A DNA stretch of 20,000 nucleotides from an uncultured virus (IMG/VR IMGVR_UViG_2850943043_000004) (Duplodnaviria > Heunggongvirae > Uroviricota > Caudoviricetes). The stretch is taken from the IMG/VR virus record IMGVR_UViG_2850943043_000004, positions 108,698-128,697 of that record. The stretch is one strand, 5' to 3'. Within the stretch, counting starts at the first letter, position 1; each line of letters opens with the position of its first letter. The notes beneath the pieces are model-generated. The model saw only the letters and a list, made by a program, of their open reading frames with translations, was not told the DNA's origin and did not search any database. Made by a program: the position numbers and the translations under genes. Below are positions 1-8,919 of the stretch, one piece after another.

Positions 1-1
1 T

Positions 2-103
2 CATGTTTGTGTAAGTGTTGAAAATACCGACTTTAAGCCAGTAACGATGGATTGGATTAACTCGAAAAGGTGGGAAGGTGTAAGAAATCCTCATTGGAAA
101 TAG
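2..103 (+). CDS. 3' end of a probable calcineurin-like phosphoesterase (partial)
   Basis: Open frame HVCVSVENTDFKPVTMDWINSKRWEGVRNPHWK* running from the window edge. 'VSVE..DFKPV' resembles the C-terminal motif of phage metallophosphoesterases. Confidence 0.5.
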   Translation, partial: HVCVSVENTDFKPVTMDWINSKRWEGVRNPHWK

Positions 104-163
104 AAATTAATTTCCCGGGCAAGCGCAGTATGCGACAAATCAAAACAAATAACGAGGAGTGAC

Positions 164-343
164 ATGGTGCAATTTGCAATTAATATTCTTGAACTCATCG
201 GTCTTTTGTTGATTGGACTTGTATCATTAGATACATATGGATCGAAAAGGAGAATAAAACCTCAAATCGCTTTTGGAATATTAGTTATAGCTGGAATGTC
301 ATTCTTAACCGGTTTGGGTTTATTGATTATAAGTAATATCTAA
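164..343 (+). CDS. Small two-TM membrane protein, 59 aa (SPbeta YosB-like)
   Basis: RBS GAGGAG, ATG 164, MVQFAINILELIGLLLIGLVSLDTYGSKRRIKPQIAFGILVIAGMSFLTGLGLLIISNI*. Below the ORF-track cutoff. Confidence 0.75.
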   Translation: MVQFAINILELIGLLLIGLVSLDTYGSKRRIKPQIAFGILVIAGMSFLTGLGLLIISNI

Positions 344-361
344 ATAAAATTCAATTTTTAA
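344..361. repeat. Gene-junction palindrome copy 1: ATAAAA-ttcaat-TTTTAA
   Basis: Directly follows TAA at 341-343. Confidence 0.7.
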
Positions 362-385
362 AGAGACTTAAAAGGAGGTGAATAA

Positions 386-808
386 GTGGGACGACATAAA
401 GCAACATTTGAAGGGAAGGTAATTAAAAAAAGTTGGACATTAGGCCTGTGTGATGCCCTTGTCCCAATTGAGCAGCAATGTGAATACCAGCCATTTTTTG
501 AAGGGAACATCGACTTAGACCCAATTGAAGTCGGAGGGAAAGTGTATATCCCAGGGTTTAACGAATACGTAGTCGTAACAGACAGGCAACGCAACACAAA
601 AAATGAATGGGCATATCAGACTGACAAGATCATTAAAACAATTGAGGATAAAGAGAGCCTTGAAAAAGCAATTCAAAAACAAGAAAAAATAGAGAAATGG
701 AATCAGCAAGTTAAAGAAGACTATGAACGCTTTAAAGAGCAAGAAAAGAAACGTAAAACTTCCTGGTGGAAGAGGTTTTGGAAATTCTGTGTAGCAGGTG
801 AGATATAA
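386..808 (+). CDS. Hypothetical phage protein, 140 aa, with coiled-coil C-terminus
   Basis: RBS AGGAGGTG, GTG start, ORF track. Confidence 0.8.
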   Translation: MGRHKATFEGKVIKKSWTLGLCDALVPIEQQCEYQPFFEGNIDLDPIEVGGKVYIPGFNEYVVVTDRQRNTKNEWAYQTDKIIKTIEDKESLEKAIQKQEKIEKWNQQVKEDYERFKEQEKKRKTSWWKRFWKFCVAGEI

Positions 809-826
809 ATGAAAGTTTTATTTTAT
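809..826. repeat. Gene-junction palindrome copy 2: ATGAAA-gtttta-TTTTAT
   Basis: Directly follows TAA at 806-808. Confidence 0.65.
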
Positions 827-848
827 CAGAATAAAAGGAGGAGATAAC

Positions 849-1795
849 TTGATCTTAGGTAGTAAAGAGAATCCTAGACACATTTTAGGGTTATCTGGTG
901 GGAAAGATTCAGCTGCTTTAGCTATACATATTAAAATAACTAGACCAGATATTTTTAATAAGATTGAATTTTATTTCACGGATACTGGAACAGAACTCGA
1001 TGAGCTGTACATTTATTTAGATAAACTTGAAAATATTTGGAGAAACCAATTTATAGAATAAAAGCAAATATTGACGAGAACAAAAGAATACAGTTTAAAG
1101 CTGAAAATGGAAACGATGAATCAATCCCTTTTGATGATATTCTTTTTAATAAATACAATGGATTTTTACCAGCACCGAATGCAAGATGGTGTACTAGGGA
1201 TCTCAAAATAATTCCAATGGAAAAATGGATAAATGGGGATCATTGTATTTCCTATATTGGAATAAGAGCAGATGAACCTAGTCGTGAAGGTTATACAAGT
1301 AGAAGCAAAAAGTCAATATATCACCAGTATATCCGTTTAGGGAAGATGGTTTATTAATTAATGATATTTATAAAATACTTGAGGAAACGGTAGGTATCCC
1401 TCCCTACTATAGATGGAGAACAAGATCAGGTTGTTACTTCTGTTTTTACCAGCGAAGGGTTGAGTATGCTGTAATGTATTATCTATATCCAAATTTATTT
1501 AAGGAAAGTAAGAAATATGAAACTAAACATAGTGATGGAAGAATATTCACTTGGGTCAAGGATAAGCCCTTGGATTACATTAAAGATAATGCAAAAGAAA
1601 TTATCATTAGATACATAAAAAACAATATAAAAAGCATCAAGTGCGTATAAAGAGAGCTTTATATTAAGCCTGGATGAAATGATTAAACTGATTGAAAATG
1701 AAAAAATTGATGAATTCATAAATACTTGGGATTTAAAAAGGCTACACGATGTAGACGGTGAAAATAAAGATGGTTGCAACGTGTGTGTGATATAG
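849..1795 (+). CDS. PAPS-reductase-family (PP-loop) protein, ~315 aa, frameshifted in this sequence
   Basis: SGGKDS PP-loop, FTDTG, RWCT..LK..P, GIRADE, RSGCYFCFYQ and C-terminal GCNVCVI*. The frames join by restoring A's at ~1030, ~1307 and ~1617-1633. Confidence 0.85.
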
Positions 1796-1805
1796 GAGGC
1801 AGAAA

Positions 1806-2170
1806 ATGAAGTATATTTATCAGGAGGTATGAAGAGCGGGTGGCAGGAACAGACTCCTGAAATTGAAGGAGTAGATTATTTTGATCCAAGAATTCATTCC
1901 CCGCAAAATAATACATCCATGGAATTTGTATATAAAGATATCGAAGCTGTAAAATCTTCAGACGTAGTATTCTGCTATATGGAAAAAGACAACCCGACTG
2001 GATACGGGGCAGCGTGGGAATGTGCCATAGCAGCAGAGAATAACATACCAATAATTACAGTTTGGGAAAAGCCCTATACAGACCCATTTTTTGCATGTAA
2101 CTCTCTTTACTTGTACAACAACTTTGAAAAAGGTTTAGAAAGGCTAGAAAAATTCTTAGAAAAAAGGTGA
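1806..2170 (+). CDS. Nucleoside 2-deoxyribosyltransferase / N-glycosidase family protein (~121 aa)
   Basis: Restoring one A at 1809 gives MKVYLSGGMKSGWQ..., then FDP, DIEAVKSSDVVF, GAAWECAIA, IPII. These are the NDT/Rcl-like motifs. RBS GGAGG at ~1795. Confidence 0.75.
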
Positions 2171-2175
2171 AATAG

Positions 2176-2322
2176 TTGGATTGGAAATTAATTGACAAAG
2201 ATGGTAACTTTCTAAAATGGGTTAATTGTCAATATGATGCAAGTGATATCGCAACAATGATGTATGAGGCCCAGATAGTTACCTTAGATTTTAATAAACA
2301 AGAAGCAAAAATTCTTAAATAG
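2176..2322 (+). CDS. Hypothetical protein, 48 aa
   Basis: RBS AGGTGA, TTG start, MDWKLIDKDGNFLKWVNCQYDASDIATMMYEAQIVTLDFNKQEAKILK*. Confidence 0.6.
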   Translation: MDWKLIDKDGNFLKWVNCQYDASDIATMMYEAQIVTLDFNKQEAKILK

Positions 2323-2327
2323 TTTAA

Positions 2328-2345
2328 ATAAAAGGATGATTTTAA
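2328..2345. repeat. Gene-junction palindrome copy 3: ATAAAA-ggatga-TTTTAA
   Basis: 5 nt after stop TAG and overlapping the next RBS. Confidence 0.7.
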
Positions 2346-2437
2346 GGAGTTGATTAGACATTAGTATAAGTCAAAGGCAGTCTCAACGTATTCGAGAAGC
2401 TCTGATAAATTCAAACACAACTGCTGAGGAAATTGGA

Positions 2438-2656
2438 ATGGATAAGGCATTATCAGAAGTTCTCAATCTACTCAAGAGAAGAATTTTGGAGCTGGAAACT
2501 TTGTATTATCCAGAGTGGGAATATGAAAATGCAAAAGTGAAGCTTGAAGAGCTTAGAGAAATGGTGAATAGAATTAATGCACTTCGAGGAACCGGGAAGG
2601 ATGAACAAAGTGAATTTGAAAATGCAGGAAGCGGTTTTACATCTAAACAAATATGA
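2438..2656 (+). CDS. Hypothetical phage protein; true start probably ~2355
   Basis: The frame is open upstream (DISISQRQSQRIREALINSNTTAEEIG-MDKAL) back to a TTA at 2355 placed correctly after RBS AAGGAG, so the start codon may be mutated or miscalled. Confidence 0.6.
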   Translation: MDKALSEVLNLLKRRILELETLYYPEWEYENAKVKLEELREMVNRINALRGTGKDEQSEFENAGSGFTSKQI

Positions 2657-2912
2657 CAGCAGTTCAAAAAGTGCTCAAGATGCACAGAAGTTGTTGAATG
2701 CTTTGAAGGATACATACGATGTAGTCGGTTGTCGGTTTAGACATTATAAAGGCGGTCTTTATAAGGTTATTGGAGAGGTCATTCACACTGAAACAGAAGA
2801 AAAGCTGGTTACATATGAAGACCAAGACGGATTACTTTGGGCAAGACCTAAAGACATGTTCTTTGGAAAAGTGGTTGTTGATGGTAAAGAGACTAAGAGA
2901 TTCACAAAATAG
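2601..2912 (+). CDS. DUF1653-like domain protein, 103 aa
   Basis: FRHYKGGLYKVIG..HTETEEKLVTY..LWARPKDMF..RF is the typical DUF1653 signature. ATG 2601 follows GGAAGG. Confidence 0.75.
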   Translation: MNKVNLKMQEAVLHLNKYDSSSKSAQDAQKLLNALKDTYDVVGCRFRHYKGGLYKVIGEVIHTETEEKLVTYEDQDGLLWARPKDMFFGKVVVDGKETKRFTK

Positions 2913-2930
2913 ATTAAAAGGACGATGAAT

Positions 2931-3074
2931 ATGAATAAAAAATACGGACTTTATTGCATGGGAACACTTGTTAACACTTATGATGACGCTATTGAGGCTC
3001 ATAATGATGCTGTATATGCTCAAGAAGAAAGTGGAGTGCCGCATGAAGTAAGAGAAATCAGAAAAGGAGAGTAG
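2931..3074 (+). CDS. Small hypothetical phage protein, 47 aa
   Basis: MNKKYGLYCMGTLVNTYDDAIEAHNDAVYAQEESGVPHEVREIRKGE*, RBS AAGGA, fills the gap between flanking genes. Confidence 0.7.
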   Translation: MNKKYGLYCMGTLVNTYDDAIEAHNDAVYAQEESGVPHEVREIRKGE

Positions 3075-3079
3075 GTAGG

Positions 3080-3442
3080 ATGGAATACACTAAGTATGGA
3101 AATCTTGTAGAAGGCTATATAACATTCAATCTTTATTTTGAGACATTTGAATACAAAGAAGATAGCTTATTAGAACAAGTGAAATTCACCACAGTTAAAG
3201 AGTTATTCAACATGATGCAGCCAGACTATGTTGAAGAACTAAAGCAAGAAAACGGTGCAGATCAGGTTGAGGTTCATGATATCACGTTTAGCGCTAAAGA
3301 AGATGACACTGAGGCTTTCATCACAATGTATGACAACTCAGGAAACTATCGAATCTCAACAAATCTTGATGTAAGTGGCTTGGATAGCGAGTACAAGCAA
3401 ACATTAAAAAGCATTAAAGGTATTATAGACAAGAAACTTTGA
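3080..3442 (+). CDS. Hypothetical acidic protein, 120 aa
   Basis: ORF track, RBS AGGAG, operon-like packing. Confidence 0.75.
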   Translation: MEYTKYGNLVEGYITFNLYFETFEYKEDSLLEQVKFTTVKELFNMMQPDYVEELKQENGADQVEVHDITFSAKEDDTEAFITMYDNSGNYRISTNLDVSGLDSEYKQTLKSIKGIIDKKL

Positions 3443-3465
3443 GAGTAAAGTAAAGGATGATGAAA

Positions 3466-3764
3466 ATGAATATTAGAGAGTTTATTGCTGAGCAGAGAAA
3501 GACGAAAAGTTCTTGGGTTTGAGATCAAAATTAAGAGAACTAATTGAACACAGAAGACTTGAACTTGTTGAGATGCTTGGATATAAAATCGATAGTTTGA
3601 ATCAAGAGCAACTTATAGAATTCAAAGAAAAATTCAGTGAATTAACTGCATTTAAAGAAAAGGTAGGTAATGATCCTTTCAGCATTAGTCTGGATGAACT
3701 TGGCGAACTTCTATGTTTCCAAAAAAATAAGGAAGGTAGATACAAAACTCTGGAGTATGTTTGA
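3466..3764 (+). CDS. Hypothetical protein, ~99 aa, one frameshift
   Basis: ATG 3466 after AAGGA. Adding one A at ~3497 joins MNIREFIAEQRKDEKF to the track ORF 3513-3764. Confidence 0.65.
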
Positions 3765-3819
3765 GTAAAACGATTGATCCATACATTGATAAACCAAAAC
3801 AGGCTACAGCTATTTCTAG

Positions 3820-3837
3820 ATAAATTCACAGTTTTAT
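3820..3837. repeat. Gene-junction palindrome copy 4: ATAAAT-tcacag-TTTTAT
   Basis: Intergenic, ~20 nt before the RBS of the yosL-like gene, followed by TCAAA as in copies 7 and 9. Confidence 0.65.
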
Positions 3838-3869
3838 TCAAAATAAAAACAAAAATAAGGAGATGTAAA

Positions 3870-4223
3870 ATGGGAGCAGCTACACGAATTGATCCAACTC
3901 AACCATATGTAAAAAAGAAGAACATTATTAACTTTACAGTAGCCACTGAGAACACTCATATTCATTTAGCTGATGGGCAATCTTTTCCTGTATTAAAAGG
4001 AGAGATTATTGCAACTGACCAACAGGGAAATCAATTTGTTGAATTAGAAAAGAATCTAGATGATTACGTTCCAGTTAAGAAGAGTTCCTTATATGAAAGT
4101 ATGGCACAGGGCTACATGGAAATGGGCGACATTAATCGTGAAATATCAGAAGCATTTAATCATGCTGAAAATGAAGCTGAAACAGCGACTACAAAATTAA
4201 TTACTGGGGCATATAACGATTAG
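3870..4223 (+). CDS. yosL: YosL-like protein with MazE/EndoAI-antitoxin-like C-terminus, 117 aa
   Basis: RBS TAAGGAG, ATG 3870. C-terminus MAQGYMEMGDINREISEAFNHAENEAETAT resembles the MazF-binding tail of Bacillus MazE (recalled as MRRGYMEMAKINLNISSEAHFAECEAETT). Lies just upstream of nrdI. Confidence 0.8.
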   Translation: MGAATRIDPTQPYVKKKNIINFTVATENTHIHLADGQSFPVLKGEIIATDQQGNQFVELEKNLDDYVPVKKSSLYESMAQGYMEMGDINREISEAFNHAENEAETATTKLITGAYND

Positions 4224-4616
4224 TGATCATTACATATGAGAGTAAAACTGGCAATGTAAGAAGGTTTGTAAAAGCGCTGCAACAAGAGTTTGACGTTGAG
4301 GCAATTGAAATAACTGATGATACGATCATCAATCAAGAATTCATACATATTACATATACGATAGGCTTTGGGGAAGTACCTGAAAGGACTTTGAGTTTTA
4401 TCAATAAGAATAAAAATAAAATTAGAGGAGTTGCTGTTAGTGGTAACAAGGTTTGGGGTGATAACTATGGTTTAGCTGGAGACAAGCTTTCAGCTAAGTT
4501 CCACACCATTGTTATTAAAGTTTGAACTTAGTGGAACGAAACAAGATCTACAGAAAATCATTCAGGAGGTACAACTTATTGACAAACACAATACCAAATT
4601 GGATCAAGCTCAATAA
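4223..4616 (+). CDS. nrdI: Class Ib RNR flavodoxin NrdI (frameshifted near 4503)
   Basis: YESKTGNVRRFV, TYTIGFGEVP, SGNKVWGDNYGLAG. Restoring a CA in the CACA run at ~4502-4507 gives HTPLLLKFELSGT...QAQ*. Confidence 0.92.
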
Positions 4617-5719
4617 TGAAATCATGATCCAGAAAGATGGGAAGTATCAATTTGAAAAGGATAAGGAGGCCGTACATAGTTACTTTGTTGATTACATAAA
4701 TCAAAACACAGTCTTTTCCATGATCTGAAAGAGAAGCTGGACTATCTGATTAAAATGATTATTACGAGGAAGAATTCTTAAGCAAATATACATTCGAACA
4801 GATTAAATCAATCTATAAGATTGCTTACAGTTACAAATTCAGATTCCCTTCTTTTATGAGTGCCTTTAAGTTCTACAATGACTACGCATTGAAGACAAAC
4901 GATAAAACAAAGATCCTGGAAAGGTATGAGGATCGTGTCTCAATTGTGGCTTTATATTGCGCTGATGGCGATTACGAGAAGGCTGTTGAGGAAGTACATA
5001 CTATGATGAAACAAGAGTATCAGCCAGCAACACCTACTTTCCTTAATGCTGGACGTAAGCGAAGAGGTGAAATGGTGAGCTGCTTCTTACTTGAAGTAGG
5101 CGACAGTTTGAATGATATTTCACGTGCTATTGATATTTCCATGCAGCTTTCTAAGCTAGGTGGAGGAGTAGCATTAAATCTAAACAAACTAAGAGCCAAA
5201 GGTGAAGCGATTAAAGACGTAGAGAATGCGACTAAAGGTGTCGTAGGTGTTATGAAACTATTGGATACTGCTTTTAGATATGCAGATCAGATGGGACAAA
5301 GGCAAGGGTCAGGAGCGGCTTATCTAAGTGTATTCCATCCAGACATTACAGACTTCCTGGATACAAAAAAAATCTCAGCAGATGAAGATGTCCGAGTTAA
5401 AACACTATCCATTGGTGTAGTTGTTCCTGATAAGTTTATTGAACTTGCAAGGGAAGACAAGGATTATTACATGTTCTATCCGCATTCAGTATACAAGGAA
5501 TATGGACAATATCTTGATGAGTTAGACATTAATGAAATGTATGATGAGCTTGTTGAAAATCCAAGAGTTAGAAAATCAAAGGGAAATGCTCGAAAGCTGT
5601 TAGAGCAATTGGCCATTCTAAGAAGCGAATCTGGTTATCCATATATCATGTTTGCTGACAATGTAAATAAAGTGCATCCAAATGAACATATTTCAAAAGT
5701 GAAGTTTTCTAATTTGTGT
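4579..5719 (+). CDS. nrdE: Class Ib ribonucleotide reductase alpha subunit, exon 1 (frameshifts at ~4715 and ~4753)
   Basis: TTG after GGAGG. MTNTIPNWIKLNN..., PATPTFLNAG, SCFLL, GGGV, ESGYPY, ending at active-site SNLC. Confidence 0.95.
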
Positions 5720-5999
5720 TAACTGTAGCACCTTCGGTCAGCAATGATCGTAGCAAACCCGTCTAAACGGTGAAACTCTATTCAATAGACAATACCGTGC
5801 TAAGCCGCACCTTGCGGAAATGCCGAACGACTATCGAAACCACGCATACGCGTAAGGGAGTAGAGTACATCGCAAGCATATGGCGATGGAAACGGCGGGC
5901 GGCCTTATAGGTCGATGATATAGTCTATTCTTACGAGTGATCGTAAGCAGTTCATAAGAGAACGGACGAGAGTGTTGCGCCTTTCGTTGAATATTAAAG
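5720..5999 (+). ncRNA. Group I self-splicing intron (280 nt, no ORF) in nrdE
   Basis: Removal restores ...SNLC|SEVLQ.... The 5' exon ends in U and the intron ends in G. Core elements: P-like AAACGGTGAAAC, Q-like AATACCGTGCTAAG, and P7 pairing GACTAT (5829-5834) with ATAGTC (5920-5925). Locally raised GC. Confidence 0.93.
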
Positions 6000-6956
6000 T
6001 CAGAGGTACTCCAAGCATCACAAGTGTCAGTTTATACAGATTATGATCAGGAAGATGAAATTGGATTAGATATCTCATGTAATCTTGGCTCCATGAACAT
6101 TGTAAATGTAATGAGTAATCAATCAATTGCTTCAACAGTCAGAATAGCAATTGACTCACTGACAACCGTCACAAGAAAAACAAACATTGTAAATGCTCCA
6201 GCAGTTGCGAGAGCAAATACACTAATGAGATCAATTGGTCTAGGTCAGATGAACCTCCATGGATTTCTAGCTCAAAATAATATTGCTTATGAAAGTGAAG
6301 AAGCTAAGGATTTTGCAAATACATACTTTATGATGGTTAACTTCTACTCCCTGCAGCGTTCTATGGAAATTGCACGAGAAACAGGGGAGACATACTACAA
6401 GTTTGATGGTTCAACTTATAAATCAGGTGAGTATTTCGAAAAGTACGTAGCAAATGATTATAGCCCTCAGTTTGAAAAGGTTAAAAAGCTATTTGGAGAT
6501 CAACATATTCCTAACATTGAAGATTGGACGAAACTTAAAGAAGATGTAATGAAATATGGCATATACCATTCGTATAGGCAGGCTATTGCACCTACGGGAA
6601 GCATCTCATATGTTCAATCATCTACAGCAGGTGTAATGCCAATAATGGAGAGAATTGAGGAACGTACATACGGAAACAGTAAGACATATTATCCGATGCC
6701 AGGTTTATCGGCTCAGAACTGGTTCTTTTATAAAGAAGCCTACGATATGGACATGTTCAAGGTAGTTGATCTTATTGCTACGATTCAGCAGCATGTTGAC
6801 CAGGGAATTTCATTTACCTTGTTCTTGAAAGATACGATGACAACGAGAGACCTAAACAGAATAGACCTCTACGCTCATCATAAAGGAATTAAGACCTTGT
6901 ATTATGCTCGCACAAAGGATACAGGCCAAGAAGGTTGCTTGTCATGTGTAGTTTAG
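6000..6956 (+). CDS. nrdE: Class Ib ribonucleotide reductase alpha subunit, exon 2
   Basis: SEVLQ..., SCNLGS, AIAPTGSIS, KTLYYART, C-terminal CLSCVV. Spliced product ~699 aa. Confidence 0.95.
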   Translation, partial: SEVLQASQVSVYTDYDQEDEIGLDISCNLGSMNIVNVMSNQSIASTVRIAIDSLTTVTRKTNIVNAPAVARANTLMRSIGLGQMNLHGFLAQNNIAYESEEAKDFANTYFMMVNFYSLQRSMEIARETGETYYKFDGSTYKSGEYFEKYVANDYSPQFEKVKKLFGDQHIPNIEDWTKLKEDVMKYGIYHSYRQAIAPTGSISYVQSSTAGVMPIMERIEERTYGNSKTYYPMPGLSAQNWFFYKEAYDMDMFKVVDLIATIQQHVDQGISFTLFLKDTMTTRDLNRIDLYAHHKGIKTLYYARTKDTGQEGCLSCVV

Positions 6957-7055
6957 GAGAAAACGGAAGGAGCATCACAATCTTCAATTAAGAGTTAACA
7001 ATTGGTGTGTGAAGGATATAAACGAGCTAAACATTAGGAAGTATAAGTGGAATAT

Positions 7056-7085
7056 AAGCAAGCCAGCAATTTTACCGACTTGCTT
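7056..7085. terminator. Possible imperfect hairpin/terminator downstream of the antisense gene
   Basis: AAGCAAG (7056-7062) ... CTTGCTT (7079-7085) inverted repeat. Confidence 0.35.
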
Positions 7086-7099
7086 TGGGGATCACTGGG

Positions 7100-7517
7100 C
7101 TACAACTTTACAGCTTTAAAGAAACCATCAACGCTTTCCCCAGTTCCACTATCGTAGTTGAATATATATTCTCCTTGTTGTTTAACAGTATATTCTTTGA
7201 TGAAGGTTTTTCCTGGTTTTAACTCCTGATCTGATTGAAGGACATTTCCATTTGGATAATAAATTGAAAACTCGAAAGTTTTATTTCCATCATTTGCAAC
7301 AAAAACTCGGATTTTGCTTTTAGTGCCGCCTTCATAAGTAAAAGTAACATCTCCTTTTCTTCAGAAAAAGGGCCACACTTTAAAAACGTGCCTTCACATG
7401 CCCAACTAGATTTTGTGGGGATGATTGATCTTTAATTGTTTTTGCAGATACGTCCGTAACTCCCATAAAAGGAATTAGTCCTAGAGCAAGAGCACCAGCA
7501 ATAAATTTCTTTTTCAT
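7100..7517 (-). CDS. Secreted beta-rich protein, ~139 aa, two frameshifts; absent from the ORF track
   Basis: RBS GGAGGAAT, ATG 7517, Sec signal MKKKFIAGALALGLIPFMGVTDVSA. Adding one base at ~7417-7426 and one at ~7356 gives a continuous frame to ...GESVDGFFKAVKL*. Confidence 0.75.
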
Positions 7518-7633
7518 TTTTTATTCCTCCCTTAATAGTGAATATGTTGCATTATAAAACTTACAACATCTATAAAATATTTCCTTCTTTTTACAAGTGT
7601 TGAGGGAGGAAAAATATTTAGGAGGTCACATTT

Positions 7634-8635
7634 TTGTCACAACTAAACAATAACAAGCTGTATACCGCAGCAAACTGGTCAAAGCATGAAGACGATTTTA
7701 CCCAAATGTTCTATAACCAAAACGTGAAACAGTTCTGGCTTCCGGAAGAGATTGCTTTAAACGGCGATCTCCTCACATGGAAGTACCTCGGAAAAAATGA
7801 GCAGGACACTTATATGAAAGTCTTAGCTGGGTTGACGTTGTTAGATACAGAACAAGGCAACACTGGCATGCCTATCATTGCTGAACATATAGATGGGCAT
7901 CAAAGAAAGGCAGTTCTAAATTTCATGGCTATGATGGAAAATGCTGTTCATGCAAAGTCTTACAGCAACATTTTTCTTACATTAGCTCCAACCGAGCAGA
8001 TAAATGAAGTCTTTGAATGGGTGAAAAACAATAGGTTTCTTCAAAAGAAGGCTAGAACAATTGTTTCAGTCTATAAATCAATCAAGAAAAACGATGAAAT
8101 TTCTTTATTCAAAGCAATGGTTGCATCTGTTTTTCTGGAGAGTTTCCTTTTCTACTCAGGGTTTTATTATCCACTTTACTTTTACGGACAAGGAAAACTT
8201 ATGCAGAGCGGGGAAATTGTAAATTTAATTATCCGTGACGAGGCGATACACGGCGTTTACATCGGTTTATTAGCACAGGAGATATATAAGAAACAAACTC
8301 CTCTGAAGCAAAAAGAACTGTATGCATGGGCTTTAAGTTTACTGCAGGAGCTTTATGAAAATGAACTGGAGTATACAGAAGATGTTTATGATCAGGTTGG
8401 ATTAGCTCCAGATGTAAAGAAATTCATCAGATATAACGCAAATAAAGCTTTAAACAATCTGGGCTTTGATCATTGGTTTGAAGAAGAGGATGTTAATCCA
8501 ATTGTTATCAATGGTTTGAGCACTAAGACTAAATCCCATGACTTCTTTTCAACTAAAGGAAACGGGTACAAAAAAGCCACGGTTGAACCATTAAAGGATT
8601 CAGATTTTATTTTTAACGAGAGAGGATGTATTTGA
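7634..8635 (+). CDS. nrdF: Class Ib ribonucleotide reductase beta subunit (uninterrupted)
   Basis: [47 protein letters not shown]. Confidence 0.97.
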   Translation: MSQLNNNKLYTAANWSKHEDDFTQMFYNQNVKQFWLPEEIALNGDLLTWKYLGKNEQDTYMKVLAGLTLLDTEQGNTGMPIIAEHIDGHQRKAVLNFMAMMENAVHAKSYSNIFLTLAPTEQINEVFEWVKNNRFLQKKARTIVSVYKSIKKNDEISLFKAMVASVFLESFLFYSGFYYPLYFYGQGKLMQSGEIVNLIIRDEAIHGVYIGLLAQEIYKKQTPLKQKELYAWALSLLQELYENELEYTEDVYDQVGLAPDVKKFIRYNANKALNNLGFDHWFEEEDVNPIVINGLSTKTKSHDFFSTKGNGYKKATVEPLKDSDFIFNERGCI

Positions 8636-8877
8636 TGAGAGTAATTAAATTAGAGCAGCCTAATTGTAATCCATGTAAAATGGTGTCCAATTACTTAGAG
8701 CAAGCAAATATTCAATTTGAGACAGTTGACGTTACACAGGAACCAGAAGTGGCAGCTAGATTTGGTGTTATGGGAGTTCCGGTAACCGTTTTGCTGAGTG
8801 ATCAAGGAGAGGAAGTAAACCGAAGTATTGGTTTTAAGCCTGATGAACTTGATGAGTTACTAAAGGAATTACGATAA
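8635..8877 (+). CDS. yosR: Thioredoxin/NrdH-like redoxin, 80 aa
   Basis: CNPC motif, GVMGVP, GFKPD. Coupled to the nrdF stop. Confidence 0.88.
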   Translation: MRVIKLEQPNCNPCKMVSNYLEQANIQFETVDVTQEPEVAARFGVMGVPVTVLLSDQGEEVNRSIGFKPDELDELLKELR

Positions 8878-8891
8878 AAGGGTAATTTTAA
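8874..8891. repeat. Gene-junction palindrome copy 5: ATAAAA-gggtaa-TTTTAA
   Basis: Left arm contains the thioredoxin stop codon TAA (8875-8877). Confidence 0.7.
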
Positions 8892-8919
8892 ACAAACTTA
8901 AATTTAAAGGAGCAAATAA

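Noticed and set aside
111..140. GC-rich intergenic patch TTTCCCGGGCAAGCGCAGTATGCGAC
   Set aside because: Single copy with only a short CGCA/TGCG stem. No function can be supported from this window.
2913..2954. Additional palindrome copies near 2914 and 2935
   Set aside because: The right arm is too degenerate or the spacer is 8 nt, so they were not counted.
4223..4860. nrdI and nrdE as true pseudogenes
   Set aside because: The repaired proteins are full length with intact motifs, and the lesions match the sequencing-error pattern.
5905..6135. Minus-strand 76-aa ORF over the intron as a homing endonuclease
   Set aside because: Wrong strand, spans the splice junction, and has no HNH/GIY-YIG/LAGLIDADG motif.
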